DNA of 64,000 nucleotides, taken from the NCBI GenBank assembly GCA_949493535.1, contig CASZWJ010000002.1, positions 18,287 through 82,286 of the forward strand, read 5' to 3'. This stretch comes from an uncultured Alphaproteobacteria bacterium. Lineage in GTDB: Bacteria > Pseudomonadota > Alphaproteobacteria > RF32 > CAG-239. Shown piece after piece: positions 21,231-32,400 of the stretch (the stretch's first letter is position 1; each line of letters begins with the position of its first letter). The notes under the pieces were generated by a model. That model saw only the letters and a list, made by a program, of their open reading frames with translations, had not been told where the DNA came from and made no database searches. The translations under genes and the position numbers were made by a program.

Positions 21231-22487
21231 ATGGATTTTACACAAGATTTGCAAAATGAAGACAAAGAAATTTTTGAGGCAATTCATTTGGAGTTGGAAC
21301 GCCAACAAAATCAAATTGAATTGATTGCTTCGGAAAACATTGTTTCTCAAGCGGTTTTGGAGGCACAAGGTTCAATTCTGACAAATAAATATGCCGAAGG
21401 TTATTCGGGGCGCCGTTATTATGGCGGTTGCGAATTTGTCGATATGGTTGAAACTTTGGCTATTGAGCGGGCGAAAAAACTTTTTGGAGCCGAGTTTGCC
21501 AATGTTCAGCCGCATTCCGGTTCGCAGGCAAATACTGCCGTATATGTTGCATTGTTGCAGCCGCATGATACGATTATGGGGATGTCGCTTGATGCCGGCG
21601 GGCATTTGACGCACGGTTCAAAAGTTTCTGTTTCCGGCAAGTGGTTGAATGCGGTGGCTTATGGCGTCCGCAGAGAAGATTCGCTGATTGATTATGATGA
21701 GGTTGAGCGTTTGGCATTGGAAAGCAGGCCTAAACTGATTATTGCCGGAGGTTCTGCTTATCCCAGACAGATTGATTTTTCCCGTTTCAGGGCAATTTGT
21801 GATAGGGTCGGCGCTTATCTTATGGTTGATATGGCGCATTTTGCCGGATTAGTGGCCGGCGGTGTTCATCCGAATCCGCTGCAATGGGCCGATGTGGTGA
21901 CAACTACGACACATAAAACCCTGCGCGGACCCAGAGGCGGTATGATTTTAACCAATAATCCCGAGCTTGCCAAAAAAATTGATTCTGCGATTTTTCCCGG
22001 TACCCAAGGCGGACCGCTGATGCATGCGATTGCGGCCAAGGCTGTTTGTTTTAAAGAAGATTTGACGCCTGCTTTTAAGGATTATGCGGCACAAGTAGTC
22101 AAAAATGCCAAAGTAATGGGCAAGGTATTGAAATCAAGAGGGCTGGATTTGGTTTCCGGCGGAACGGATACGCATTTGCTTCTTGTTGATTTGCGCCCGA
22201 AGAAACTTACCGGAAACGTCGTTGCCGAGGCTTTAGAAAAAGCACATATGACCTGTAATAAGAACGCTATTCCTTTTGATCCGGAAAAACCGAAAGTTAC
22301 ATCCGGCATCCGAGTGGGGACGCCGGCAGGAACAACGCGCGGCTTTAAGGAAGAAGAGTTTGAACAGATAGCGCATTGGATAGCCGATGTTATGGATTCC
22401 TTGACGGAGGGAACATCAGAAAAAGTTATTCCCGAAATCAGGCAAAAAGTGATTGCGTTGTGCAAAGAATTTCCTATTTATGCTTAA
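21231..22487 (+). CDS. glyA: Serine hydroxymethyltransferase
   Basis: [27 protein letters not shown]. Confidence 0.98.
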   Translation: MDFTQDLQNEDKEIFEAIHLELERQQNQIELIASENIVSQAVLEAQGSILTNKYAEGYSGRRYYGGCEFVDMVETLAIERAKKLFGAEFANVQPHSGSQANTAVYVALLQPHDTIMGMSLDAGGHLTHGSKVSVSGKWLNAVAYGVRREDSLIDYDEVERLALESRPKLIIAGGSAYPRQIDFSRFRAICDRVGAYLMVDMAHFAGLVAGGVHPNPLQWADVVTTTTHKTLRGPRGGMILTNNPELAKKIDSAIFPGTQGGPLMHAIAAKAVCFKEDLTPAFKDYAAQVVKNAKVMGKVLKSRGLDLVSGGTDTHLLLVDLRPKKLTGNVVAEALEKAHMTCNKNAIPFDPEKPKVTSGIRVGTPAGTTRGFKEEEFEQIAHWIADVMDSLTEGTSEKVIPEIRQKVIALCKEFPIYA

Positions 22488-22490
22488 AGT

Positions 22491-22580
22491 AAAAAAAACT
22501 CCCGATTTTAAGCGGGAGTTTTTTTTTGTTTGGTTTAAAAGAAAACCACCCTGTTTTGTAAATACAGGGTGGTTTTTTTT
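22491..22580. terminator. Two adjacent terminator hairpins for convergent genes
   Basis: AAACTCCCG..CGGGAGTTT (22491-22527) and AAAACCACCCTGT..ACAGGGTGGTTTT (22542-22580). Confidence 0.8.
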
Positions 22581-22622
22581 CAGGTAAGATTTAAGGCAGT
22601 AAGATTTAAGGTTGCGGCGAGG

Positions 22623-23357
22623 TTAAAGGGAAGTCAGAGTATTATAGGACAGTTTATCCAACTCGGTATCCTTAGTCGCGGCTTTTTGATATTTCTTTAT
22701 CTGCCATTTAGCCAGTTTTCTGACAAGTTTGCCGTCAACATCGTAGAGGTTCCAGCCTTTGTCGTCCTTTGCGGCGTAGTAGTTGCTTGTCTGTGTTTCA
22801 GTTTTGCCTTTGGCTTTGACTTTCTTGTTGACCGTCAGATAAATGATTTCTTTCTGAGGGGCCGGAAGAATGTCTTTGCCTCCGTAGTTAAGAACACCAA
22901 GCGTTTCACCGGAAAGATAGAAAATCTGATCCTTTTTGAACAGCATTTTGTCTTTCTCGGGCAGGACAAGACCTTTATCGATGAGATAGAGGAACTGGTT
23001 GCCGTTGTCACTGTAACTGATGCAGCGGGTGGTTTGAATTGTCTTCATAACGCAGTTCTGTCCGACAATAAGCGTTGAGCCGGCGTCGTCAAAAACTGTC
23101 TGTTTGTCCGTTTGTTCGCCGAGGAAGAATTCTTCGAAAGCGATCGGCGGAGCGACGAATACGTTGTCGAGAACTTGCTGTCCTGCTGCGTCTTTAACAC
23201 CCCAGACAAAAGTTTTTTTGGCTTTGTCCTGAAGCGTGGCGTGAGCCGTAAGTCCGCTGTTTCCCAATTTTACGGGTTCGGGAGTTTTAGGGCCGCAAGA
23301 AGTAATCATACATGCAGCCGCAAGCATCATAATGCCTGAGAAAATTGATTTTTTCAT
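22623..23357 (-). CDS. Hypothetical lipoprotein
   Basis: MKKS...ITSC lipobox; own terminator. Confidence 0.7.
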   Translation of the reverse strand: MKKSIFSGIMMLAAACMITSCGPKTPEPVKLGNSGLTAHATLQDKAKKTFVWGVKDAAGQQVLDNVFVAPPIAFEEFFLGEQTDKQTVFDDAGSTLIVGQNCVMKTIQTTRCISYSDNGNQFLYLIDKGLVLPEKDKMLFKKDQIFYLSGETLGVLNYGGKDILPAPQKEIIYLTVNKKVKAKGKTETQTSNYYAAKDDKGWNLYDVDGKLVRKLAKWQIKKYQKAATKDTELDKLSYNTLTSL

Positions 23358-23607
23358 AATGATGAAAGTTTAAGTGGGTTGAAAAAAATTGAAGTTTAAC
23401 ACACAAACGTAAATTCAAGATTATGATATGTATCATTCTACAATTAATCCATACTAATACGTTCGTTAAAGTTGACTATAACACCTTTTTTTTAATATGC
23501 AATAGACAAAATAATCAAAATTTCATTTTTTTTTGGAAAAGTGAAAAAAAAGATGAATTTTTAATCTTTGTGTGTATAATGCCGGTATTATTTCAAACAG
23601 AGGAAAA

Positions 23608-24939
23608 ATGATGATTAAAATCAATTCTAAAAAGATTGCCGAAATTTTAGGTTCTGCTTCAAATGTGGTTGATGCCGATATTGATAATGTATCCTCGGAC
23701 AGCAGAGATATCCGCCACGGAGATTTGTTTATTGCCATTAAAGGCGAAAAGTTTGACGGGCATGATTTTGTGGCTGATGTTATCAGCAAAGGCGCGGCTC
23801 TTGCCGTGGTTGAAAAATTGGTGCCGGATGTTCCTGTTCTTCGCCAAATTGTTGTTCCCAATGCTTTGGAAGCATATGGAAAGCTCGGCGCGTATGTCCG
23901 TTCGCAATTTAAGGGAAAGGTTATCGGTTTGACCGGAAGTGCGGGCAAAACAACGACTAAGGAAGAACTCAAATTTATCCTTTCCAAATTTGCCTCGGTT
24001 TATGCAACCAGCGGTAATTTTAACAATGGTATCGGTGTTCCCAGAACATTATGCAATATGGATATGAATGCCGAGTATGCCGTGATTGAAATGGGGATGA
24101 GCGCCAAAGGCGAAATTTCACAGCTTGTTTCCTGGGTGAAGCCGGATATTGCTTTGATTACGAACGTTTATCCGATGCATATTGAATTTTTTCCGAATTT
24201 TAAAGGGATTGCCGAAGCCAAAGCCGAGATCTTTGAAGGCCTGAAACCGGGCGGTATTGCCATCATTAATGAAGACACCAATTTTCCCGAAGTGTTGGAA
24301 CAAAGAGCCAAAGAACATGGCGCAAAGGTTGTGATGTTTGGCAAAGAGACGCATCCCGACGCTGAATTTGAGATGATGCAGGAAGGCGAACATTATTTGT
24401 ATAATGCTTGGTGTGTATTGACTGTGGCAGAGGCTTTAGGGCTTGATGTCCGAAAAGCAGCGTCTTATCTGAAAGATTTTGGCGCTTTGGATGGTCGCGG
24501 CAAACAATGGAAACTCAAATTTTCCAAAGGGGAATATACGCTTATTGACGACAGCTATTCCGGCCAGCCCGAGGCGATGAAAATTGGTATTGAAACGCTT
24601 TCTAAAATGAAAACGACGGGGCGTAAAATTGTGGTCTTGGGAAAAATGGCCGAATTGGGCAACACTTCGCAAGCTAAGCATATTGAAATAGGAAAAACTG
24701 TTGCGGCAAGCAACATTGATATTGCCGTCGGCGTTTGCCCCGAGATGAAAGACATGTTGGCGCAGCTACCAAAGTCAATTGAGCAGCATTATTTTGAAAA
24801 TAAGAGCGGTGTTGACGAGTTTTTGCTAAATAATTTGTTGCAAAATAACGATACAGTCCTTATAAAAGGAGCCAGATATTCTTCAGAATTATATAAAGTT
24901 GCCGAAGCTTTAATTAAAAAAGGCACAGGAGACAAATAA
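23608..24939 (+). CDS. murF: UDP-MurNAc-tripeptide:D-Ala-D-Ala ligase
   Basis: [44 protein letters not shown]. Confidence 0.93.
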   Translation: MMIKINSKKIAEILGSASNVVDADIDNVSSDSRDIRHGDLFIAIKGEKFDGHDFVADVISKGAALAVVEKLVPDVPVLRQIVVPNALEAYGKLGAYVRSQFKGKVIGLTGSAGKTTTKEELKFILSKFASVYATSGNFNNGIGVPRTLCNMDMNAEYAVIEMGMSAKGEISQLVSWVKPDIALITNVYPMHIEFFPNFKGIAEAKAEIFEGLKPGGIAIINEDTNFPEVLEQRAKEHGAKVVMFGKETHPDAEFEMMQEGEHYLYNAWCVLTVAEALGLDVRKAASYLKDFGALDGRGKQWKLKFSKGEYTLIDDSYSGQPEAMKIGIETLSKMKTTGRKIVVLGKMAELGNTSQAKHIEIGKTVAASNIDIAVGVCPEMKDMLAQLPKSIEQHYFENKSGVDEFLLNNLLQNNDTVLIKGARYSSELYKVAEALIKKGTGDK

Positions 24940-25418
24940 TGAAATGCCCTTTCTGCGGCTGTGATGACACACAAGTGAAAGATTCCCGTACAACGGATGA
25001 TAGTACGGCAATCAGACGCCGGAGAGAATGCCCGGAGTGCGGTTCACGCTTTACTACCTTTGAAAGGGTGCAACTTCGCGATTTGGTCGTTGTTAAGAGA
25101 AACGGCGAAAAAACGATGTTTGACCGCGATAAATTGGCTCGCTCCATTCAGATAGCCGTGCGCAAGCGTCCGGTTAATCCGGAGAGAGTTGAAAAGATTG
25201 TCAATTCAATTCAACGCCGTTTGGAAAGTTCCGGCGAAGCGGAAATCCCTTCTGCCGTTATCGGACAATATGCCATGGATGCGCTTTCTACGCTTGATCA
25301 CATTGCATATATCCGCTTTGCATCGGTTTATAAAGATTTTCGCGAAGTGAAAGATTTTGAGGATTTTGTTGAAACGATAGACAGGTTTGCAAAACTTAAA
25401 CACCAAGATGAAGAATAG
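24939..25418 (+). CDS. nrdR: Transcriptional repressor NrdR
   Basis: [34 protein letters not shown]. Confidence 0.98.
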   Translation: MKCPFCGCDDTQVKDSRTTDDSTAIRRRRECPECGSRFTTFERVQLRDLVVVKRNGEKTMFDRDKLARSIQIAVRKRPVNPERVEKIVNSIQRRLESSGEAEIPSAVIGQYAMDALSTLDHIAYIRFASVYKDFREVKDFEDFVETIDRFAKLKHQDEE

Positions 25419-25446
25419 GCGGATGCCCTCAACGAAAGGATAAAAA

Positions 25447-25929
25447 ATGGCAAAATATGTTTCTGAAAAAATAAAAATGAAGTCGGGTGCTCGTTTGGCT
25501 GCCGTTCAGGCAACTTATATGATTGAATACGGCCAGCTTTCTGTTGACGAGGTCATTAAAGATTTTATTAATGGCGAAGTCGGGCGTTATGTTATTGAAG
25601 ACGAAGGCAATGAGAAAGAAGAATTGGTTGCGGTTTCGGAAATGGATACAAACTATTTTGCAACCCTTACCCGCGGCGTGCATGCTAAAAAAGAATATAT
25701 GGAAAAATCTTTGGCGCATTATCTGAAAGAGGGTTGGTCGTTTGAGCGTTTTGACGGAACATTGCGCGCATTGCTGCTTTGCGCGGCTTATGAACTTATC
25801 AACACGTTAGACGTTGATGCTAAAGTCTTAATTCAAGAATATGTCGATTTAGCCTATGCCTTTTTCAGCAAAAACGAGCCGAAAATGGTAAATGCGTTGT
25901 TGGATCAGATTGCAAAAGAAATAAGGTAG
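25447..25929 (+). CDS. nusB: Transcription antitermination factor NusB
   Basis: ARLAAVQATY, GWSFER, EYVDLA, MVNALLDQIAK. Confidence 0.88.
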   Translation: MAKYVSEKIKMKSGARLAAVQATYMIEYGQLSVDEVIKDFINGEVGRYVIEDEGNEKEELVAVSEMDTNYFATLTRGVHAKKEYMEKSLAHYLKEGWSFERFDGTLRALLLCAAYELINTLDVDAKVLIQEYVDLAYAFFSKNEPKMVNALLDQIAKEIR

Positions 25930-26051
25930 GAACTTGTATAACGGGCAACTAATACAGATTTTGCGGATATTTTACTTGGTCATGTACCTCTTTGTACACT
26001 CCCTCGCAAAATTCTTGAAATCTTATTATTTGCTGCGTTCTCCAAATTCCT
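25928..26051. repeat. Palindromic intergenic element (RPE/MITE-like)
   Basis: About 35-nt imperfect terminal inverted repeats around a CATGTAC-N6-GTACACT core; same core at 52042-52149. Confidence 0.7.
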
Positions 26052-26090
26052 GCGTTTTTTATTTCTGAAAAAAGATTAGAAGAGAGAAAA

Positions 26091-26603
26091 ATGGCACTTT
26101 TGAAAGTATATGAATATCCGGATCCGATATTGAAGAAAAAGGCGGAGAAAGTTGAAAAGGTCGACGATGAGCTGCGCCGCTTTATGGATGATATGTTAGA
26201 AACGATGTATGATGCCGTCGGGGTGGGTTTGGCTGCGCCTCAGGTCGGCGTTTCCAAACGTATTGTCGTGATTGATACCACTCATGAAGGGGAAAAGCCC
26301 GAGCCTTTGTATCTGGTTAATCCTGAAATTATTTGGAAATCAGAAGAAAAAGTCTGTGGGGAAGAAGGATGTTTGTCTGTTCCCGAACAGCGTGCCGAGG
26401 TTGAGCGTTTTGCTTCTGTCAAGCTTCGTTATTTGGATTATGACGGTAAAGAGCATGAAGAGTTGATAGAAGATTTTTTGGCGATTGTCGTTCAGCATGA
26501 ATTGGATCATTTGGACGGTATTCTTTATATCGACCGTATCAGCCGCTTAAAACGCCAAATGCTTCTGAAGAAATTGCAAAAATTACGTGACGGTCAAGAA
26601 TAA
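26091..26603 (+). CDS. def: Peptide deformylase
   Basis: GVGLAAPQ, EGCLS, QHELDHLDG. Confidence 0.98.
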   Translation: MALLKVYEYPDPILKKKAEKVEKVDDELRRFMDDMLETMYDAVGVGLAAPQVGVSKRIVVIDTTHEGEKPEPLYLVNPEIIWKSEEKVCGEEGCLSVPEQRAEVERFASVKLRYLDYDGKEHEELIEDFLAIVVQHELDHLDGILYIDRISRLKRQMLLKKLQKLRDGQE

Positions 26604-26611
26604 GCAAGATT

Positions 26612-26641
26612 AAAACCGCATTTTATAAAATGCGGTTTTTT
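26612..26641. terminator. Bidirectional terminator
   Basis: AAAACCGCATTTTATAAAATGCGGTTTT palindrome between convergent genes. Confidence 0.8.
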
Positions 26642-26642
26642 G

Positions 26643-28352
26643 TTATTTTGATTTTCCGCCGTTGCCGTTGATTATTTGTGCTATGCGGTTTTGTACTTCT
26701 TTTTCTGCTTCTTTTATGTAATTTAATATTCTTTTTTCAATTTCATCGGGCAGAGGGGAGTATTGCGACCCTTTTATGTTGCTGTATTTGGTATTATTGT
26801 TATAGTTAAGGCAAATATATTCGTTTCTGTCTTTGTCATATTTGCAACAAACGCTTGGTTGGGCATATCGGTAGGTTGTCAATTTTATGCAGTTGGGGCG
26901 CCCTGACGAATGCAGTGTTTGAGCTTTTATTGTTATCGGTTCTCCTCTGCGGTTTTTGCTTTTGAATGAAATTCCCTGTTCAAGAAGCTGTTCCCGAAGT
27001 TTTTGATGCGAATGTATTTTAAATGGTTCCTGATATGTTTCGTTAAACAAAGACAGAATCAATTTCAGGCCAATGCCGTTTTGTTTGAGGGTATTTAATC
27101 TTTGCCGGCGTATTGTTTCTGCCAGCTCAATGTTTTTGCGTTCGGCGTCTCTGACAAAGGTCGGAATTTGAATGAATTTTGAAAGGTCTTGTTTTTCCAT
27201 TTTTCCGGTTTGCGGATTATAAACGTCCATTGTGTAAGCGCAGGCGCGGCGGGCAAGATATTCTTCATCTCCGTCTTCCATGCGCAGGACGGGGGCATTC
27301 CAAGCATGGCTGAGGGTTAATTCGCATCTTTGGCCGATATAATGGCCGGCATAGTTTTGGTTCCAGTTTTTAATATTGCCGTTGACGATGAAATTATTGT
27401 TTAGCAAAATTTTTTTTTGTTCGCTAAAGCTCAGTCCTTTTATTGTATTAACCAACCATTGGCATTTGTTGGGAAAAACGCTTAAATCTCCGCCGTTCTG
27501 AAAAAATTTGGCGATAGCCAGGCAGGTTTCTCGCAAATGTGCCGCTTTTTCATTATCCTCGTCAAAACGGTAAAAATTGGTTGGCGAAAGTTCTTTATGG
27601 TTTGGCTGTTTGCGGCGTTGGTTTATTCTTTGTTGCGTTTGGGCATGTTGCAGTTCGTGGCTGGCGGAATAAAGCTTTTGATTTTTATCTAAATAGTGTT
27701 CGGATATATTGCAATAAAAATCATATAAGGCGCGTATCTGCGGGGATTGCGCGCTTAAAACATCTTTCGACGGATGTTGTCTGACAAGCTGATTAATTTT
27801 TTTTATCGCTTCAACTTCTTGAGGGGTAAAGAAGAATGCTTTATCATAGAGGGTGACTTCCATTCTTTTAAGATTGAAAGAAGCCCTTTGCGAATTTATT
27901 TTTATTTCATTTCCGTGTTCGTTACGGCAAACATAGCATTGTTTTTTTTCATCATATTTAGGAAAGTAATATTCTTCTTCCCGTCGCAGCGGAACCGGGC
28001 AATCATTATAATCAGAGGGCAGATCAGCTGATTTGATTGTATAATGCGAATAGCAATGGCGGCGTCCGGTGCGTTGAGATATCTCTAAAACATGTTTTCT
28101 GAAATCTGTATCGTCTGCCAGTTCATTTGTTGGTTTTCCAATTGAGGGAATATCTTGTCTTATCTCTCTCATCAGAGCGCGGGTGAGCGGGGTATCCGCT
28201 TTGGGAAATTTTTCTTTGAATATAAAAACAGCCTCAATTTTGGGGTCATTATAATCAGCAGCTTTACAGCGGCTTACTTCGTCGGCAGTTAAGGAGACAT
28301 CGTCTTTGAAAGCAACATAATAGCCGGAATTTGTTTTTAAAACTTTTACCAT
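26643..28352 (-). CDS. Hypothetical protein with HExxH motif (possible zincin)
   Basis: 569 aa ORF, SASHELQHA followed by DNEKAA. Confidence 0.6.
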   Translation of the reverse strand: MVKVLKTNSGYYVAFKDDVSLTADEVSRCKAADYNDPKIEAVFIFKEKFPKADTPLTRALMREIRQDIPSIGKPTNELADDTDFRKHVLEISQRTGRRHCYSHYTIKSADLPSDYNDCPVPLRREEEYYFPKYDEKKQCYVCRNEHGNEIKINSQRASFNLKRMEVTLYDKAFFFTPQEVEAIKKINQLVRQHPSKDVLSAQSPQIRALYDFYCNISEHYLDKNQKLYSASHELQHAQTQQRINQRRKQPNHKELSPTNFYRFDEDNEKAAHLRETCLAIAKFFQNGGDLSVFPNKCQWLVNTIKGLSFSEQKKILLNNNFIVNGNIKNWNQNYAGHYIGQRCELTLSHAWNAPVLRMEDGDEEYLARRACAYTMDVYNPQTGKMEKQDLSKFIQIPTFVRDAERKNIELAETIRRQRLNTLKQNGIGLKLILSLFNETYQEPFKIHSHQKLREQLLEQGISFKSKNRRGEPITIKAQTLHSSGRPNCIKLTTYRYAQPSVCCKYDKDRNEYICLNYNNNTKYSNIKGSQYSPLPDEIEKRILNYIKEAEKEVQNRIAQIINGNGGKSK

Positions 28353-28496
28353 TTCTTTCCCTCTTTATCTTTTACTATACTGTAAAATAGACAAAAATAC
28401 AAGGCTTGAAAATTAAGTAAAATCAAGGTTTGATTTTGCTTGATTATTCGTTGCCAGCCGTTAATATATCTGAAAATGAATTTATGAGAGGTGCCG

Positions 28497-29414
28497 ATGA
28501 AAGTCGTATTTATGGGAACGCCGGATTTTGCGGTTCCGGTTTTGGAAAATCTTGTTAAAGAACATGAGGTCATCTGCGTTTATACGAGAGCGCCGAAGGA
28601 AGCGGGCAGAGGTCAAAAAGAGAGCAAGACGCCGGTGCATTTGAAAGCGGAAGAACTCGGCATAGAGGTTCGGACGCCCAAAACTCTGCGCAACGAGAAA
28701 GAACAGGCTCAATTTAAGGCGCTGGATGCCGATGTCGCGGTTGTGGCGGCCTATGGTTTGATTTTGCCGAAACCTGTGTTGGAGGCTTTTCCGAAAGGCT
28801 GTTTGAATACGCATGCCTCCCTGTTGCCGCGTTGGCGCGGAGCGGCGCCCATTCAGCGGGCGATTGAAGCCGGAGACGAAAAGTCCGGCGTGACGATTAT
28901 GCAAATGGACGAGGGGCTTGATACCGGAGATATGCTTTTAAAAGGCGAGGTCGAAATTACCGATACGACAACCGGCGGCGAACTGCATGACGCTTTGTCT
29001 GTCATCGGAGCTGATTTGATTATGGAAGCATTGCGCAATATTGACAATTTGCAAGCCGAAAAGCAGACGGAAGAGGGAACATGCTATGCGGCAAAAATCG
29101 AAAAGGAAGAGAGCCGTTTGGACTTTTCATTGCCGGCAATTGTTTTGGAGAGAAAAATCAGAGCTTTTAACCCTTTTCCCGGAACGTATTTTGAATATAA
29201 CGGCGAAAGATTTAAAGTGTGGGAAGCGGAGGCTTTTACCGAAGTTTCCGGATATGCGCCGGGAACAATTATTCCCAATGATGCCGGTTTGTTAATTGCC
29301 TGCGGCGAAGGAATGCTTTTGGTTACAAAAATCCAACGGCAGGGCAAAAAAGCGATGGCTATTGAGGAGTTGCTGCGCGGTTTTGAATTTGAAGCGGATA
29401 CGCTTGTTTCTTAA
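28497..29414 (+). CDS. fmt: Methionyl-tRNA formyltransferase
   Basis: FMGTPDFA, HASLLPRWRGAAPIQ, GLDTGD. Confidence 0.98.
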   Translation: MKVVFMGTPDFAVPVLENLVKEHEVICVYTRAPKEAGRGQKESKTPVHLKAEELGIEVRTPKTLRNEKEQAQFKALDADVAVVAAYGLILPKPVLEAFPKGCLNTHASLLPRWRGAAPIQRAIEAGDEKSGVTIMQMDEGLDTGDMLLKGEVEITDTTTGGELHDALSVIGADLIMEALRNIDNLQAEKQTEEGTCYAAKIEKEESRLDFSLPAIVLERKIRAFNPFPGTYFEYNGERFKVWEAEAFTEVSGYAPGTIIPNDAGLLIACGEGMLLVTKIQRQGKKAMAIEELLRGFEFEADTLVS

Positions 29415-29420
29415 TACAGG

Positions 29421-29452
29421 AAAATCCCCGGAAACTTCCGGGGATTTTTTTT
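29421..29452. terminator. Terminator between fmt and RTX gene
   Basis: AAAATCCCCGGA-aact-TCCGGGGATTTTTTTT. Confidence 0.85.
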
Positions 29453-29456
29453 GAGG

Positions 29457-32400
29457 TTAAGCAATTTTGTTTTGGGGCGGGAAGAGTTTATCAGCAGAGC
29501 TGAGGTCAATAATTGTTCCGTCTGCAAGTTCTAGATTTTCGACCATATAACCATTCCAGTTGTATTGTTGATAGATTGAAACTCCTTGTGTTTTTTCGGC
29601 ATCAACATAAATATTCAATGTATCGCCTCTGCGTTCAAAGGTTAAATTACTGCGCGTAATTCCTTCGCCCATCCGGACTGTATCGTTGCCATCCTGTTCT
29701 TTAATGGTGTCAAAACCGTCTCCGAGGTTATAAATATATGTATCATTTCCATAGTTGCCATATAATTTGTCATCTCTCGGTCCGCCGACAATAATGTCAT
29801 TGCCACCGCCGCCGGATAGGCTGTCATTGCCGCCGTTTCCATAGATGATGTCATTGTATTCGGTTCCGGTCATTGCGTCATCGGCGTCTGTTTGGTTGAA
29901 AAACAAACCTTCTTCTTTAAGCGAAATTGTTGTTCCGTCATTTAATTCGACATATTCAATATTGTTTGTGTTAAAATTGTTGTATAAAATTACGCCTTGA
30001 GTGAAGTCGTTTTTAACATAGATATAAAGCGTGCCGCTATATGAACCTCCTTTAACAAAACGCAGGTCGTCTTTAGTGATACCGGGGCCAAATTTTATTC
30101 TGTCATTCGTACCGTTGCTATCTTGAATGGTATCTAAACCGTCACCTAAGTTCCAAATGTATGTATCATTGCCGTAGCCGCCTTCAAGTTGGTCGTCTCC
30201 GGTGCCGCCGATAATGATTTCATCTGCATTGGAGCCATAAATTTTGTCATTGCCGCCCATACCGAAAATCGTGTCTCCGTTGCCGGTTGCATAAATTGTT
30301 TCGTCTGCATCCGTTTGAATTAATGTCAGCGGCATGTCGGATAAATGATAAATACTGCCGTCGGCAAAGGCTAAATCATTAACCCTGTCTCTCCCCCACA
30401 TAAATCCTGAAATTCTGATTGTTTGGTTGGGATCATTTTTGACCGTAATCTGTAAGCCGTTTCCGTTGTATGCCGAAAAAGTTAAGTCTTCGAAAGAAAT
30501 ACCTTCTCCAAACAAGATTTTATCTTTATCATGTGAGGCGTAAATGAAATCACAGCCATCGCCCAGATTGTAAATATAAGTTTTGTTTCCGTTGGTACTG
30601 GTGATTTCGTCATTGCCGGGGCCGCCAATGATAATATCATTTCCTGCGCCTGAACGGATTACGTCGTCGCCGCCGTTAGCGATAATCAAATCGTCACCGG
30701 CGCTGTCTACAATCCAATCATAACCGTCTCCGCCTATGATTGTGCGGCCGCCAAGTGCATTAGGAACAAGATTATGATGGGCATAAACATATTCAACATC
30801 CCATGAAGTTCCGTCGGTAAAAGTTATGGCATTGACTGTGGCGGAAGTTGTTCCTGCTTTATCAAAATAACTCAAGATACGGATAGAGTCGTCAGTTTGT
30901 TCTGAGCCGGCGTATTTGACGGTTAAAATTAAATCAAAACCTTCACGGGAGATTGTAACCATGTCGGGAGAGATGCCTTCGCCAAACTGAACAATATCCG
31001 GTTCATCTGCAGATGCGTTATCATCTGTGTTATCAATGGTATCATGTCCGAAGCCCGGTTCAAAGACATAAGTATCGGCACCGTTGCCGCCGTTCAGATA
31101 GTCATTGCCGTTTCCTCCGATGAGCGTGTCGTTGCCGTCTTCTCCCCAGAGAGAATCGTTGCCGTTTCCTCCGATGAGCGTATCGTCTCCTTTGCCGGCA
31201 TAGATTGTGTCATTGCCGTCTTCGCCGGAGATGACGTCCATATTGTCAGAGCCGGTTAAATTATCATCATTTGCAGTTCCTACCACATCGGCAAAAGTTG
31301 TCAGCAATACGGACATACCTTCACCTTCGGCGTTTCCGGCAGCTTTGAATGTGGCAATAATATCTTGGGTTGTCTCCGTGTTTTGCTTTTTGATTAATTG
31401 GCCGAATTCTGTTAAAGTCAAAGCGCCGTTAAGGGCATTGGCATTATAGATTTTCTGCAGTTTGGCAACGGCACCGGAAACGTCAATGTTCCAAGCAGAA
31501 TTTTCGGTGTTCCATTCCAATTTGACATTTTCCAAGAGCGGTTTGTAGTGGGTTTGCGCCAGCAATTCATGATTGATATATTCCTGCAAGATATCAAAAG
31601 CTCTGATGATGTAAGGCGCGGCTTTGCCATGCGGGTTGGGGTCCCGGTCTCCCCAGCACCATGTGCCCAGAAACTCTTCTCCCATGAATTCTTCAAGCGC
31701 TTCCAATTTGCGGGTATCGTCAATTACTTTACCATAGTTTCTGGTAGGATCACGTCCGTTTGGCGACATATTCTGTACGCCGGTCCAATGATAAATAAGG
31801 TTCAGTAAAATGCTTTTTCTGGCAGCAACGTTTGTTTCTGCAATGAAGTCTTCAACCAAGGCTTTCAACTCGCCGGTTTCATCCAGAGCCATAGCGCTGT
31901 GCAAGTCATGCACATTGCCGAATGCCCGCACGTTTGGCAGAGCTTTTATCTCTTCGGGAATTTCAACGGAAACGCGGTTGACCGTATCTGAAAAATCTGC
32001 ATTGAACCACACATCGTTAATGCTTCCGATTGTTTCGGAAGTGTTTGTAAACGAGCCGGTCTGCTTGTGGGCATTGTCATTTTCATCAACGATTGTACTG
32101 TTTTGATAGTTGAGGTTGATGTTTTTAATATTAGCTTGTTCTAATGTAATAAGTTCACCATTATCAACCAAGCCGTTTTGGTTGGAATCCTTCCAGACTT
32201 TGACTTCGTTCCAAGCAGCGTCAGAAGCGTTGAAAACGCCGTCGGAATTGCTGTCTAAGTCTTTCAGGGCTTCAAACCCGTTGGCGGCTTTTTTGCCGTT
32301 GGAAAGAACGGTATTATTGCCGAAGAGTTCGGAACCGTTGTCAATCTGCCCGTTGTTGTTGAGGTCTCTGACGAGCAGGCCGTCATCTTGTCCGACCCAG

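Noticed and set aside
22584-22611. 13-nt direct repeat GTAAGATTTAAGG x2
   Set aside because: Only two adjacent copies in a 3'UTR; likely a local slippage duplication
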